DNA of 64,000 bases, taken from assembly GCF_001194135.2 (NCBI RefSeq), contig NC_068983.1, positions 29,982,854 to 30,046,853 of the forward strand, given 5' to 3'. Position numbers and translations under genes: made by a program. Shown piece by piece: positions 14,742 to 25,086 of the stretch. The notes under the pieces were generated by a model. The model was not told the DNA's origin, searched no databases, and was given only the letters and a program-made list of their open reading frames with translations. Origin of the DNA: Octopus bimaculoides. Lineage: Eukaryota. Each line of letters starts with the position of its first letter. Within the stretch, counting starts at the first letter, position 1.

Positions 14742-17700
14742 AAAAGCAAATACAGATCACATGCTATTATTTAATACTCAGATATTTCTTTGATTCCTTC
14801 TAAATATTACATCTTTCATATACTTTTATTTTAGGTTCTTTATTAAAATGAAAATTATACAAGTTGCACATTTATACATAAACACACATATGTATATTTC
14901 TTTTACGTAGTTTTGTGTTGTTACAGGCAAGTTTCGAGAAGCCCATGACCAATTTTTGGAGCAGTCCCAAATAGAATTTTCTCTGGTGAGATATTCAGAT
15001 TCTTTAAATCTATTTTTAAAAACAGAAATATCTTTTGATATTTCTGCTTGTCACCATGTTTATGCCTTCCAATGTTAAACACATTTGACCATGGTGCAGG
15101 CATGGCTTTGTTGTTAAGAACCTTGCTTTGCAACCATGTGGTTACAGGTTCAATTCCATTGCATAGCTCCTTGGACAAATGTCTTCTACTACAGCTGATC
15201 AATGCTTTGTGAGTGAATTTGGTATGTGAAAGCCCATCATCATCATCATCGTTTAACGTCTGCTTTCCATGCTAGCATGGGTTGGACGATTTGACTGAGG
15301 ACTGGCGAACCAGATGGCTGCACCAGGCTCCAATCTGATCTGGCAGAGTTTCTACAGCTGGACGCCCTTCCTAACGCCAACCACTCCGAGAGTGTAGTGG
15401 GTGCTTTTACGTGCCACCAGCACATGGGCCAGTCAGGTGGTACTGGCAACGGCCACGCTCAAAATGCTGTTTTTTACGTGTCACCTGCACAGGAGCCAGT
15501 CCAGCGGCACTGGCAATGACCTTGCTTGAAACTTTCTGTTTTTCTCTTTTTTTGAAGCCTGTCATGTGTATATATATATATATATATATGTATGTAAGGG
15601 ACGACCGTGCGAACTCAAAAAGGAGAAATGGTGACGAATGGAAAAACAGAGGACTCCTTTTATTTAAACGTGTCACACGGTCGAACACACAATAATATGT
15701 ATCAGATGATGATATATATGATATGTTATACGACGATAACATAGATGACCAGTAATGAAAGACCACAACCGTATAAGATGAATAACAGAGATATTTATTG
15801 TAGNNNNNNNNNNNNNNNNNNNNNNNNNNNNNNNNNNNNNNNNNNNNNNNNNNNNNNNNNNNNNNNNNNNNNNNNNNNNNNNNNNNNNNNNNNNNNNNNN
15901 NNNNNNNNNNNNNNNNNNNNNNNNNNNNNNNNNNNNNNNNNNNNNNNNNNNNNNNNNNNNNNNNNNNNNNNNNNNNNNNNNNNNNNNNNNNNNNNNNNNN
16001 NNNNNNNNNNNNNNNNNNNNNNNNNNNNNNNNNNNNNNNNNNNNNNNNNNNNNNNNNNNNNNNNNNNNNNNNNNNNNNNNNNNNNNNNNNNNNNNNNNNN
16101 NNNNNNNNNNNNNNNNNNNNNNNNNNNNNNNNNNNNNNNNNNNNNNNNNNNNNNNNNNNNNNNNNNNNNNNNNNNNNNNNNNNNNNNNNNNNNNNNNNNN
16201 NNNNNNNNNNNNNNNNNNNNNNNNNNNNNNNNNNNNNNNNNNNNNNNNNNNNNNNNNNNNNNNNNNNNNNNNNNNNNNNNNNNNNNNNNNNNNNNNNNNN
16301 NNNNNNNNNNNNNNNNNNNNNNNNNNNNNNNNNNNNNTGCTGTCGTGTGGTACACGGAACAGTTCTCAAAGAGAAACTGGACCGAGACAAATTTGTGGGG
16401 TATGAGTTGATCTATATATAGCGTTAAGAGGGCTCCCAGATGGCTTCAGAATTTTACTCTATCACGTGACCTTATTAGGGGCCGTGATTGGTCAGTTTGC
16501 GTTCTGGCGGGAAAGGTTCGAAGAAGTTGCCGATTCGAATAATAATCAGTCACGTGATGACAAGGAATGGGTTCTCTACTACGCTCGCATTTATTTATAT
16601 TTAAATGAGAAGATTGTATGTAATGGCGATAGTAGTTTGTATCTAATGGCAGGAGGTAGTTTCACTACATATATATATTTGTCCCCCCATCACTGCTTGA
16701 TGACTTGTGTTGGTGTGTTTACATCCCCATAGCTTAGCAGTTTGGCAAAGAGACCGGTACAATAAGTACTAGGCTTTAGATTATTAGTCCTGAGGTCAAT
16801 TTATTCAACTAAAAAAAAACATTTAAGATTATTGTCTCAATTTGATCTAAATTCTCAAAACCGTTTCTTTATTTTCTTGCATTCCAGTTAAGACTTAGAA
16901 TCAGAGATAAAAGAAACAATAACCTAAGGATGACTATTGTGTAGTGAAACTTTTTTAAAGAAAATAAGGAATTAATGATTTAAATGCTCCAAAATGAATA
17001 TGAAATGTTTTGTGTTTCTGAATTTATGGAATTATCATTGCTTATTATTTGACTATTATATTTTTCTTACTTTAGGATGAAGAAAAGATCCTTGAGTACT
17101 ATCTGGGTCACATGGAGTTGGTTAGTGGTTGCAGCGTGGAAGATTTATCATCGATGCATTGGGATCAACATGAAGCTTTCCCTCAGCTTGGCAGTTCCAG
17201 CATAATGTTATGTCAAGGACTATCAGAGTTATTAAATCTTCTCGCCAAAGATTTAGATATTCAATATAATGTTGAGGTCTGTGGATATTTTCTTTAGAAA
17301 TAATAATTTTTTTTCTGGGATCAGGTGTGATGGTGTGAGTAAGAAGTGGTTTGGAGTTCAATCCCACTGTGTTGTACCTTGGGCAAGTGGCTTCTACTCT
17401 ACCCCAGTATTAAGCAAAGCCTTGTGGACAGATAAAAAAATTAAGTAAATCAATAAAACAAAATATTTTCTCTGATTATTACCTGAAAGGATGAAAGTCA
17501 AAATTAACTTGCTGAGAGCAACTTTACCTTCCGTCCTTTAAAATATAATACTGGTCAAGTTCTGGGGTTGATTGTAACAGTGAAATCCCTTTCTCCTAAT
17601 TTCAGGCCTTATGCCTATGCTAGAAACACCTGTTAAATTTATAGGTACCAGCATGGCTATTTGGTTGAGAAGTTTTCTTCACAACTATGTGGTTTTGAGT

Positions 17701-20700
17701 TCAGTCCCACTGTCTGGCACCTTAGTGAAATGTTTTATACTACAACCCCAAGTCAACCAAAGTCCTGTGAGTGGATCTGGTAAACAGGAACTAAAAGAAC
17801 CCCATTGTTTGTGTGTGTAAGTGAGTGAATGGGCTTGTATTTCTTTGTAAGCAAAGGGTTCATTCATACAGTGTCATTTGTTTCCAGTCCTTGACATTAA
17901 ATGTGTCCAGACTGCTTGTTATTTGTTAGACTGAGAGATTGTTATCCCACTTGGAAACAAGAAGGGCATCCAGCCAAAGAAAACTCTGTTCCAACATACT
18001 TACCTGACCCATGCACGCATGGAAAATTAGACATTAAAATGATGAAGATTATGCTAACAAGTGGGTTGGCTTGTGTAAATTTAAATGTTCATGTATGAAT
18101 TGCTGGTACAAGAGGACATCTGTCTCATTCTACTGCTAACTCCTCACTCATGAAGTGGAAATGATACTTATTTTACAGCTAAGTAGACAAGAGCAAACAG
18201 AGTAACTAAGTTTGAAGTTATGTCTTTGTGGTCAACATAAATAAGGATTTAGTAGATAGAATTGATTAGCAAAAGCTGTCTCTCTTTTATTCCTATAAAT
18301 GATCACTCAGTAAAACTTAATATGAATGTATGTTTTGTGGAAATGTGGCTTTATACAAATGTTAAATTTACTTTAACTTTGACTAAAACCTCTTTGACTT
18401 TCAGGTTGTAAAGATTGACTATAGTGAAGCTGATGTGATAGTGCATGCATCATCTGGAGCTGTTTTCCGAGCCAATAAGGTCTGTTCAATCACACTTTAT
18501 GGCTTATTAGCTTTTTAAGTTAATTAGTCAACATTTCTAATTATTTAATCGTTATTTTTGTTTAATTACAGTTATTTGTAGCACTTTTGATTCTCAACCC
18601 AAAACTATTCATGATTTATTTATGAATTGACTTTAAACTCAACTTCAAATAGTTAATGTTGCCTTCTCTCTGTCTCTTTTCTATTTCTTTTTCAATAATT
18701 AGACTCATCTAAATTGAATAGGCAAAGCAGTCAGCTGGGACCCTAATGTACCGGAGAGAGGGATCAAATTATGATTGGTTAATATGTTAAAACGTGTTTG
18801 GTTAATGCTAAGGTGGTAGATTAGAAAAAGTGATAGAACAAATGCCAAAATACCTTTTAGTATTTGGTTATGTTGCTTTATATTTTGAGTTCAAATCCTA
18901 CTGATTATCAACTTTGCTGTTCATCCTTACTAGGTTGATGTAATTGAGAATAGAAGTTTTTTTTAAAATTTTTACCCATTCACCAGACATCTTTGACTTT
19001 TAAAGCTATAAAATGGTCAACATTTAGTCGTTCTGAAACCTTGCATTGTTTTTTGTGGAACAGCTTCAATAATGACCCTTAGTTAGTTATTGTCCATTGA
19101 AGGTCATCTACAACCTTCGTCATCTTCAAGTATCATCTTAAACTAATAATTCATGGTTGTTACGAACAAACAATACTCAAACTCCTACTTGTTTAGATTA
19201 AAGTTTTGTTACCTGAAGCACTAAGCTATTCAGTCTTTACATTAATTATAAAAACATTATAGCATGTAATGTAGAGTAAATTACTCAAAGATGCTTTTAC
19301 ATGGAAAAAAGTTACAATCAGGTGAACATATTTAATACAGGGAACATTAAAAAGCTAGTTAGAAATATTTATACTGAGAGAATATAAAACAACATTTAAT
19401 CAATGACTAATAATACGTTATTTCAGCAAGTACAGGAGACAACTCTTGACATGTTTCAGTCTTATTACAACCTTATTAGCAAATCAATAGATTTCACTGT
19501 ACCTGCCAAAGTAGTGATAGGAGGGTCTATCAGTAAATATAGTGGTTAACTTTTGCCAGGTTTGTAATATTTATTTTTCCCTTCAACTTTACATTGTTAA
19601 TAGGTTCCCATTTCTTCTCTATATAAAGCAACATAATTACATAATTATACAAAATGCAACCACAGAAACATTGGTATGTAAAGTAAATTGTGTTTTCTTC
19701 ATTACCAGGTATTGGTTACAGTTCCCTTATCTGTGTTACAAAAAGATGTTATTGATTTTGTGCCTCATCTGCCAGTGGAGAAAACTAAAGCAATTAAGTC
19801 ACTTGGTGCTGGTGTTATTGAAATGGTAAGTCTTGAGAATTAGAATTTTTTTTTTATGTTTCTTGCAAAGTAGGTGGGTGAGTGCAGAATCCTTTGAAGG
19901 ATGAACAAAATTCCTTGTGGTATTTCTTTACATCTATAGGAAAACTAGAATTAACATTTAAGTTGTTATTATTTAATCCCTGTCAGAGATTTAGCTGCTA
20001 TTTCTGTAAGGCTGAGTGAGCACAAAGAGTAGAGATTCTCAACATGGGAGGTACCACTGCCAAGGTGGTGCTGGGTATGTTGAAGGGGATGTTAGCCCTT
20101 AGGGGGCTATGAGGTGGGAGTGGGACAGTGAGGTAACATAATTAACATACTAGTTTTGTTTTTTTCATGCTTTTACTGATCACTGCATGTGTGTGTGTGT
20201 GTCTGTATGTATGTCTGTGTGACAGCTGTCATAGGAAATATCAGTTGACTGTGACCAGCAGTTCTTTGGATCATTGACTCAAAGCAGTGTGTGATATACA
20301 ATAGAGTTTTGTTAACAAGGTTCTAAATTGGTGAATCCTGATGTTTATTTTTGTTGTTTGTAGATTTTTAGCTGAAATGTTTACAAGTTTCTAAACTGTT
20401 GTTGTTGTTGTTTAGGTTGTTTTGCAGTTCAAGAAGAACTTTTGGCGAGAGAAGGTGAAAGATGTCGATGTATTTGGTTATATTGCCTCTGATGAAAGCT
20501 GCCGGGGGCTGTTCAGTGTGTTCTATGATCTCTCAAAAGTCCAGGTGAGAATCAAGAAATTGTTCAACATGAATTTTTAATCTTTTTTTTTATATATATC
20601 ATTTTCCATAATTTTAGACTTTGGAGACATTTTTATTTAAATCTTGTTTTTGCATTGTTAAGTGTTTCATTATTTTCAATTTTGAGTTCGGATAAATATT

Positions 20701-23304
20701 TTACTTTAAACATACATACCTACAGACAGACACACATGCTTTTTCTTGTATTAATTATACTTTTTTTTATTATTATTTTGTCCCTTGTCAGAAATCTGGC
20801 AAAGAGACTCACGTTTTAGTGACCTATATTGCTGGAAATGGTCTGAAAAAAGTGATGGGTAAATCAAGTGAAGAAATTGTACAAGCATGTACGGATGTCT
20901 TGAGTAAGCTGTTCCCAGAACAGGTTAGTATTTATAATTAGAGGGACCAGCTATCCGAATTGACAGTACCTCCACTACTAACTTGGTCACCCAGATAACG
21001 GAAGTTATCTACTACCTCTATCTTACCCCACTAGCAGTTGATGGAGTCTATTTTCTCTACATTTTCAGTGTTTGTTGTACCTGTGCACCTTCCACACACA
21101 AAAATTGTTGGACAAAGGAGAAAGAGCAGCTCATGATATGTGATAGCTCTCCTGTGGTTATGTAGTAACAGAGGGTTTGAAATGGAAATTGTTACCGTAA
21201 AGGGTATTATAAATGTGGATGACTGTTTTTGCTTTGGGTCCCTATTGCAACAGTTTAGTTTCACTTCTCCTCGCTGACAGTGGTCTGTACACAAATTGCC
21301 TGTGCACAAATTAATATTGAATAAGTTTTTTATGCATGTGTATCTATTAAATTTGAAAGATCTTGTCTGTAATATTAATATTTTGAGAACTAACCAACGT
21401 ATGGTGAGCTATCCTGTTCAACTGCATTATTTACCGAGGACATTCAACTCTTTCATGTTTCATTCACCTAATATTTTCAGTGGTCCTATGTTTCAGAAAA
21501 ACTCAGTTTATTTGATGTGAAATATGTTATTATTAGATGGTATTTAAAATAAGTGTGTATTTATTACAAATTTAATAAATCATAATAAACATGATGCCTA
21601 AAGAATTTTTGAAAAATCAAAGCATTTGTTGTTCAGATTACTCTGTCAAATGTAATGCTTATTTATTCCCATTGGGCATGTCTTAATGTTGGTTTAGAGC
21701 AACATAAATCTTAAGATATCATTCATGTTATGAGATTTTTATTGAGTACAAAATATCCCATTATATCAATATCTAAAATATTTTTATCAGAAGAAAGTCT
21801 TTTCAAATATTTTTGTTTTGGCTGCAGAAAATCCCAGAACCTGAGCAGTATTACACAAGTCACTGGCAGAAAGAAAGTTCCAATCGTATGTCTTACAGTT
21901 ATGTCCCGGTTGGTGTAGATGCATCTGTATACACACACATTGCACAACAGCTCCATGACAAGATTTTTTTTGCTGGAGAAGTAAGTACTACATTTTCATG
22001 TTGCGATAACCTTGTTTTTGTAAAAGATATTTGCCTAGTTTAACCCTATCGTGATCATATTTTCAATGAAATATACTGCCTGTGTGTGTTTCATTTAGTT
22101 TTTAAAATAATCAAGAATTTGGAAGATATAGTAAAATAACGTTTTCTATATTTATTTGTTGTTTGGAACATAATTTAACAGAAGCTTCTTTGATAAAATT
22201 ATGACAGAAGGTTTTAATTTAAAAATAAAGGCAAGATTATTGCAGTAATAAGTTCAGTTATTGGGTGAAGGAGTGGGGACCAGGAAATAACATTTTAAGT
22301 TACAGGCTCTTAGATGGAGTGTAGAAAATTGGTGTGTTGAAGTAATTGCTGATGGAAATTATTAAATACAACAAACTCTCTTGTAAATTTACTGTTTATT
22401 TTTCTTAATGATGCAGGCCTTAATCACTTTCTTTGACTTCTTAATCTTAACTTTAATATAAATATGAACACTTTATAGAATGGACGGTTTTGTATTGTGT
22501 ATTCAGAATTAGTCTCACTACTTTCCCTTCACCTCCATCTCCACTTCCCTTTCGTAATCTCACAAACTTAACCCATCCACTCCCCCTATCCAATCCTTGG
22601 CTCCACTTATATGCATTTCTCTGTAACTTGAATGTACCCATTGTTCACATCTTCAACATCTCCCCACCTCTCTCTCTCTCCAACTGAGGTTGCCTTGTAT
22701 CCCCTTTACTGCAAGGCACCTATTTCTGACCTCTGTTCATATTCATACCAGGTGGTCAGGCAGCTATACCAGTTAGTGTCTATCATTATCCAGTATCTTT
22801 GTGATGCTATTTCTATTGAAACACATTACCTGTGTGTTTGAATTAATTTTTAAAATAATGAAAATATGGATAAATTTGGCATACTGGTTTTTCTCAAAAA
22901 TGCTTTACATGTAGAATTATGATCCGTTTCAATATAGATATGGATATTTTAAAATGAACAATCTTATCTCATAGAACTAGATGAACAGTCTTAGATTCAT
23001 TGCTGTCTTAAGATTTAAATCATTGTTACTTCCTTTATAAATAGTCTTTCATGAATAATTATGGACCAAAGTTTCAATTTAAATATGAACACTTGAAAAC
23101 AAACAATTTCATAACATAGAACTGGTGGAGCAGTCTTAGCTTTGTTGGTATCAAATTACTGAGTTATTTCCTTTTATAAGTAGTTGTTAATTGTTTAAAA
23201 ATATATTTCAGGCCACCTGCCGACAGTTTCCACAGTCACTGGCTGGTGCTTATTGGAGTGGATTGAGAGAGACTGAAACAATTCTGAAGTGTTTTGATCA
23301 ATGA
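390..23304 (+). CDS. KDM1B: Lysine-specific histone demethylase 1B (LSD2/AOF1) homolog, 5'-truncated by the window; 17 coding exons
   Basis: Join 390-479,901-1126,2815-2856,3867-4038,5650-5828,7490-7669,8613-8687,11248-11385,12501-12672,14927-14985,17076-17276,18405-18479,19709-19825,20416-20544,20792-20923,21828-21980,23212-23304 gives one open frame with AG/GT borders. Recognisable LSD2 motifs: SRWHHISAGEHFCNECF, zf-CW FWVQCTRPECCKWRQL, SWIRM LSLRNLIISLW, Rossmann VVGAGITGLAAARQL, FHFNAILDVIAEWRKD, FFAGEAT...GAYWSGLRE, stop TGA at 23302-23304. Confidence 0.96.
901..1126 (+). CDS. KDM1B: KDM1B exon (zf-CW)
   Basis: ttcag|t HKLGYETF...FMADKLLPFWVQCTRPECCKWRQL...CGMTSEGKK|gtaat. Confidence 0.95.
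1555..2420 (-). mobile_element. Degraded CR1/L2-like LINE RT and 3' remnant
   Basis: Minus-strand pieces read LGLTTTKNL...GFLFSARKYF and a ..WNSLP-like 3' end; many stops and frameshifts. Confidence 0.55.
2815..2856 (+). CDS. KDM1B: KDM1B short exon (last zf-CW Cys)
   Basis: tttag|KERQLEACAVPEDH|gtaagt; corresponds to human DHCSLPED. Confidence 0.85.
3109..3454 (-). mobile_element. tRNA-headed SINE (same family at 31053-31382 on - and ~59318-59617 on +)
   Basis: Three near-identical copies of gtaaagacccc...ggattgcacctagaaag...aaccactgagccatg; A/B-box-like head on the element strand. Confidence 0.8.
3867..4038 (+). CDS. KDM1B: KDM1B exon (linker)
   Basis: ttctag|RVEMCRSPWWFSQL...TSTKTK g|gtcagt; corresponds to human RVLEVSNHWWYSML. 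Confidence 0.88.
5165..5488 (+). mobile_element. tRNA-headed SINE with CORE-like motif (second copy ~46328-46558)
   Basis: tggcttagtg..ttagg head, gagttcgat B-box-like, gtgtccttgag.aagacactttatttcac; repeated within the window. Confidence 0.75.
5650..5828 (+). CDS. KDM1B: KDM1B exon (SWIRM, N-terminal part)
   Basis: ttcag|ta WEMFRQPF...FLSLRNLIISLWNLSIK|gtaat. Confidence 0.93.
6005..6555 (-). mobile_element. Internally deleted mariner/Tc1 element
   Basis: Imperfect TIRs (gagaggtttgatcaaaaagtattgg / tctgatactttttgatcagatctcg-ta) and a degraded transposase C-terminus on the minus strand. Confidence 0.65.
7490..7669 (+). CDS. KDM1B: KDM1B exon (SWIRM, C-terminal part)
   Basis: tgtag|EWMTWQRC...YYLTREGLINIGLL...NYEN|gtaagt. 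Confidence 0.93.
8213..8346 (+). pseudogene. Duplicated fragment of KDM1B exon 7490-7669
   Basis: 134 bp colinear with 7514-7647, 5 substitutions, no splice signals. Confidence 0.93.
8613..8687 (+). CDS. KDM1B: KDM1B exon (FAD-binding GxGxxG)
   Basis: ttacag|HSVIVVGAGITGLAAARQLSNFGVK|gttagt. Confidence 0.95.
8700..8915. mobile_element. piggyBac-like MITE (also 30633-30836, 41918-42138, ~50602-50969, 56767-56983)
   Basis: TTAA|CCCTTTAGCATT...AATGCTAAAGGG|TTAA termini, cleanest at 41914-42142; five copies share the internal sequence. Confidence 0.85.
9283..9620 (+). mobile_element. RTE-clade LINE 3' fragment (ORF C-terminus joined to (GAT)n-tailed 3' end)
   Basis: LGLEESVERLARVNGVRWYVHVLRRDEEHVLKR resembles the RTE RW.GHV.RR motif; followed by the abundant ...aggaagggcatccagc...acgttaaac(gat)n tail. 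Confidence 0.75.
10305..10690 (-). mobile_element. RTE-related 3' end remnant
   Basis: (cat)n tail, shared 3' module and an RTE C-terminal-like segment (EMTKDRDTW). Confidence 0.6.
11248..11385 (+). CDS. KDM1B: KDM1B exon (amine oxidase domain)
   Basis: attag|VTVLEAQNCLGGRV...GTQIINNCVNNPICLMCMQ|gtgagt. Confidence 0.94.
12501..12672 (+). CDS. KDM1B: KDM1B exon
   Basis: ttcag|ADIDMKII...NFHFNAILDVIAEWRKD...GLL a|gtaagt. Confidence 0.94.
12830..13900 (+). mobile_element. Degraded CR1/L2-like LINE RT remnant
   Basis: Fragments resembling TADD.T, LGLTINKDLS.W and LYKA.VR..MEY with frameshifts. Confidence 0.55.
14418..14544. mobile_element. Tc1/mariner-type MITE
   Basis: TA|CAGGGTGTCCACAAAGTCTGGGTACATG ... 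27/28 inverted match|TA. Confidence 0.9.
14927..14985 (+). CDS. KDM1B: KDM1B exon
   Basis: ttacag|gc KFREAHDQFLEQSQIEFSL|gtgag; phase fits both neighbours; corresponds to human KESGIQFSE. Confidence 0.85.
15238..15530 (-). mobile_element. (GAT)n-tailed RTE-related SINE-like element (other copies ~27311-27600 -, 29953-30112 -, 38100-38325 +, 49035-49250 +, 49471-49650 -, 53250-53470 +, 62680-62855 +)
   Basis: Many mutually similar copies ending ...gcatggaaagcggacgttaaac(gat)n. Confidence 0.85.
15593..16669 (-). mobile_element. Probable solo LTR (contains an N gap)
   Basis: TGTA...TACA termini, CpG-rich. Minus-strand order: E-box 16551, TTTCCCGC 16514-16507, CCAAT 16491-16487, E-box 16463, TATA-like 16412-16421, AATAAA 15799-15794. 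Confidence 0.65.
17076..17276 (+). CDS. KDM1B: KDM1B exon
   Basis: tttag|DEEKILEYYLGHMELVSG...WDQHEAFPQ...LAKDLDIQYNVE|gtctgt. Confidence 0.93.
18405..18479 (+). CDS. KDM1B: KDM1B exon
   Basis: ttcag|VVKIDYSEADVIVHASSGAVFRANK|gtctgt. Confidence 0.92.
19709..19825 (+). CDS. KDM1B: KDM1B exon (ends at the catalytic-Lys position, here Met)
   Basis: accag|VLVTVPLSVLQK...KSLGAGVIEM|gtaagt. Confidence 0.95.
20416..20544 (+). CDS. KDM1B: KDM1B exon
   Basis: tttag|VVLQFKKNFW...RGLFSVFYDLSKVQ|gtgaga. Confidence 0.94.
20792..20923 (+). CDS. KDM1B: KDM1B exon
   Basis: gtcag|KSGKETHVLVTYIAG...LSKLFPEQ|gttagt. Confidence 0.92.
21828..21980 (+). CDS. KDM1B: KDM1B exon
   Basis: tgcag|KIPEPEQYYTSHW...MSYSYVPVG...KIFFAGE|gtaagt. 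Confidence 0.95.
23212..23304 (+). CDS. KDM1B: KDM1B last coding exon
   Basis: ttcag|ATCRQFPQSLAGAYWSGLRETETILKCFDQ*. Confidence 0.95.
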   Translation, partial: ATCRQFPQSLAGAYWSGLRETETILKCFDQ

Positions 23305-23561
23305 CCAGCCAACAATCAACTTCCTTTGGATCACCTCTACTGACTTTCTCTTTGATTTCATTCTGTGCATGATGTTTAATGAAATTCTCCTCGTTTGTTG
23401 CCTTGTCAGTCTCTCCACAATAAGCCAACATTTCTGTTAAAACACTTGGCTGTACTGTTATAAATTTCTGATCTAATACACTTGTTATTCATTTATTACA
23501 AACAACTGTACACTCATCATTATTCTATATAAATTATTATTATTATCATTTTATTTTATTT

Positions 23562-23568
<7 letters not shown>

Positions 23569-23609
<41 letters not shown>
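23569..23609. repeat. (TA)n microsatellite
   Basis: Direct read. Confidence 0.95.
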
Positions 23610-23614
<5 letters not shown>

Positions 23615-24279
23615 CCATTTTGGCATTTTAAAATAAAGAATTGTTGAGCCATGGTATTCCATGGAATTTCCAAAATTTTTTTTAACCTTTTTGAAAGAAT
23701 ATGAAGCTGTATGGAAATGAGACATGAAGCATCGGATATATAGGCATATAGGCTATCTGCAAAGGCTGGAGAGACATGAATTGTGTACAATTAATCATTG
23801 GATTTTTCGCGTTAGCTTGCACGACAGCAGACCTCGAATAAGATGAGAAAGTGTTAGGAACATCAAAGGCTTCCATCAGCCAATGATACTAGAAAATCAA
23901 CTGTGCCTGGATGTTTATGTCAGAGTTCTACCAGCCAATAATACTGGAGAATCAACTGTGCTGGTACGGCTGTGTGAGTCAGTAGATAGTGACTGCTGGG
24001 TGAATTGAGGGTACCAGTGGTAGAAGTTTGTTGATGTTCTTGACTCCCAGGTGAATATTAAACAAGCAAATTTATGATCATGATCAAAGTGGTTCCAATT
24101 GTGACCATCCCATCTTTTTATTACTTGTAGCAGTGGTTCTGCACTGGGGTCCATATAAGATTTTGTTGTTAAAATTTATGAGCAATAAATTGATTATACT
24201 TTTACCTTACACAGAATATTTTAACAATTTTTTGTTTAATTATAAAAATATAATTGGATTTTTTTAAACCATTGAATGG

Positions 24280-25086
24280 CTTGATACATTCGAGAGAGCC
24301 CTAAGGAAATCACAGATAGCTCTGCATCAATTCTTAAGAGTATACTGTGTGACACCAAATCCAAACACACCAGCAGGTATGTCACCAATTGAGCTGGTGT
24401 TTGCTAGGAAAATAAAATCAGTCTTTTGACAAATTACTACCTGGTAAGAAAAGAAAAATTGCAATGGATAAGACAGCAAGATATTTCAAAATTGGTGAAA
24501 ATGTATTTGTTAGGGCATATAAGAACAGAAAACAAAGTTGGGAAGATGGCATGATTACCAAATGTATAGGAAAAATGCTATACTTGATAAAAGGAAAGAA
24601 TGAGTTATACAAGAGACACATAAACCAACTAAAAAAAAGATTTGTTGAGAGCGAACCCAAGAGAATGGAAGAACTCAATGGAGTGGTTATATGATACTTT
24701 TCCAGTACCAACACCACTACAAATAATTGAACCCAGACGCACAAGTGAAAGAAAAAGAAAATGTCTGGAGTTCCTGGAAGTGGATGCTAAATGAAAAAAA
24801 TATTAAATGTGTAGCTGTATGAAAAAAAAACTCAAAAAAGGGAGGTAGGGTGACGAAAAATTCATTGCTAATAAAAGAGGTAAGATTACACTCCCTAAGA
24901 AAAAAGAAAAACTTAAAAGGGAGATGATATAGTAATAATGGAACACCCCTCCTACATGAATGGTATGTGTTAGTCATAAATACTGTGTTGTAGTGTCGGT
25001 CATTACATAGTCATGTCTTTACTTGTCTAACTAACTATACTGCTATACAGGAGTGGGCGTTATAACTCTGACAGAGGATTACAACA
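24280..25086 (+). mobile_element. Ty3/Gypsy remnant: integrase C-terminus, PPT and possible 3' LTR (24925-25086)
   Basis: DTFERAL...YCVTPNPNT.AGMSPIELVFARKI (frameshift) ...WEDGMI...KRHINQLKKR; ttaaaagggaga PPT followed by TG...ACAACA. Confidence 0.75.

Noticed and set aside
15407-16410. Long ORFs in the ORF track spanning 15407-16410, 26237-27118, 2807-3059 and 29783-29998
   Set aside because: They are open only because they cross N gaps.
23365-23475. C/D-box snoRNA in the KDM1B 3' region
   Set aside because: The C box is imperfect (ATGATGT), there is no terminal stem, and the location is not intronic.
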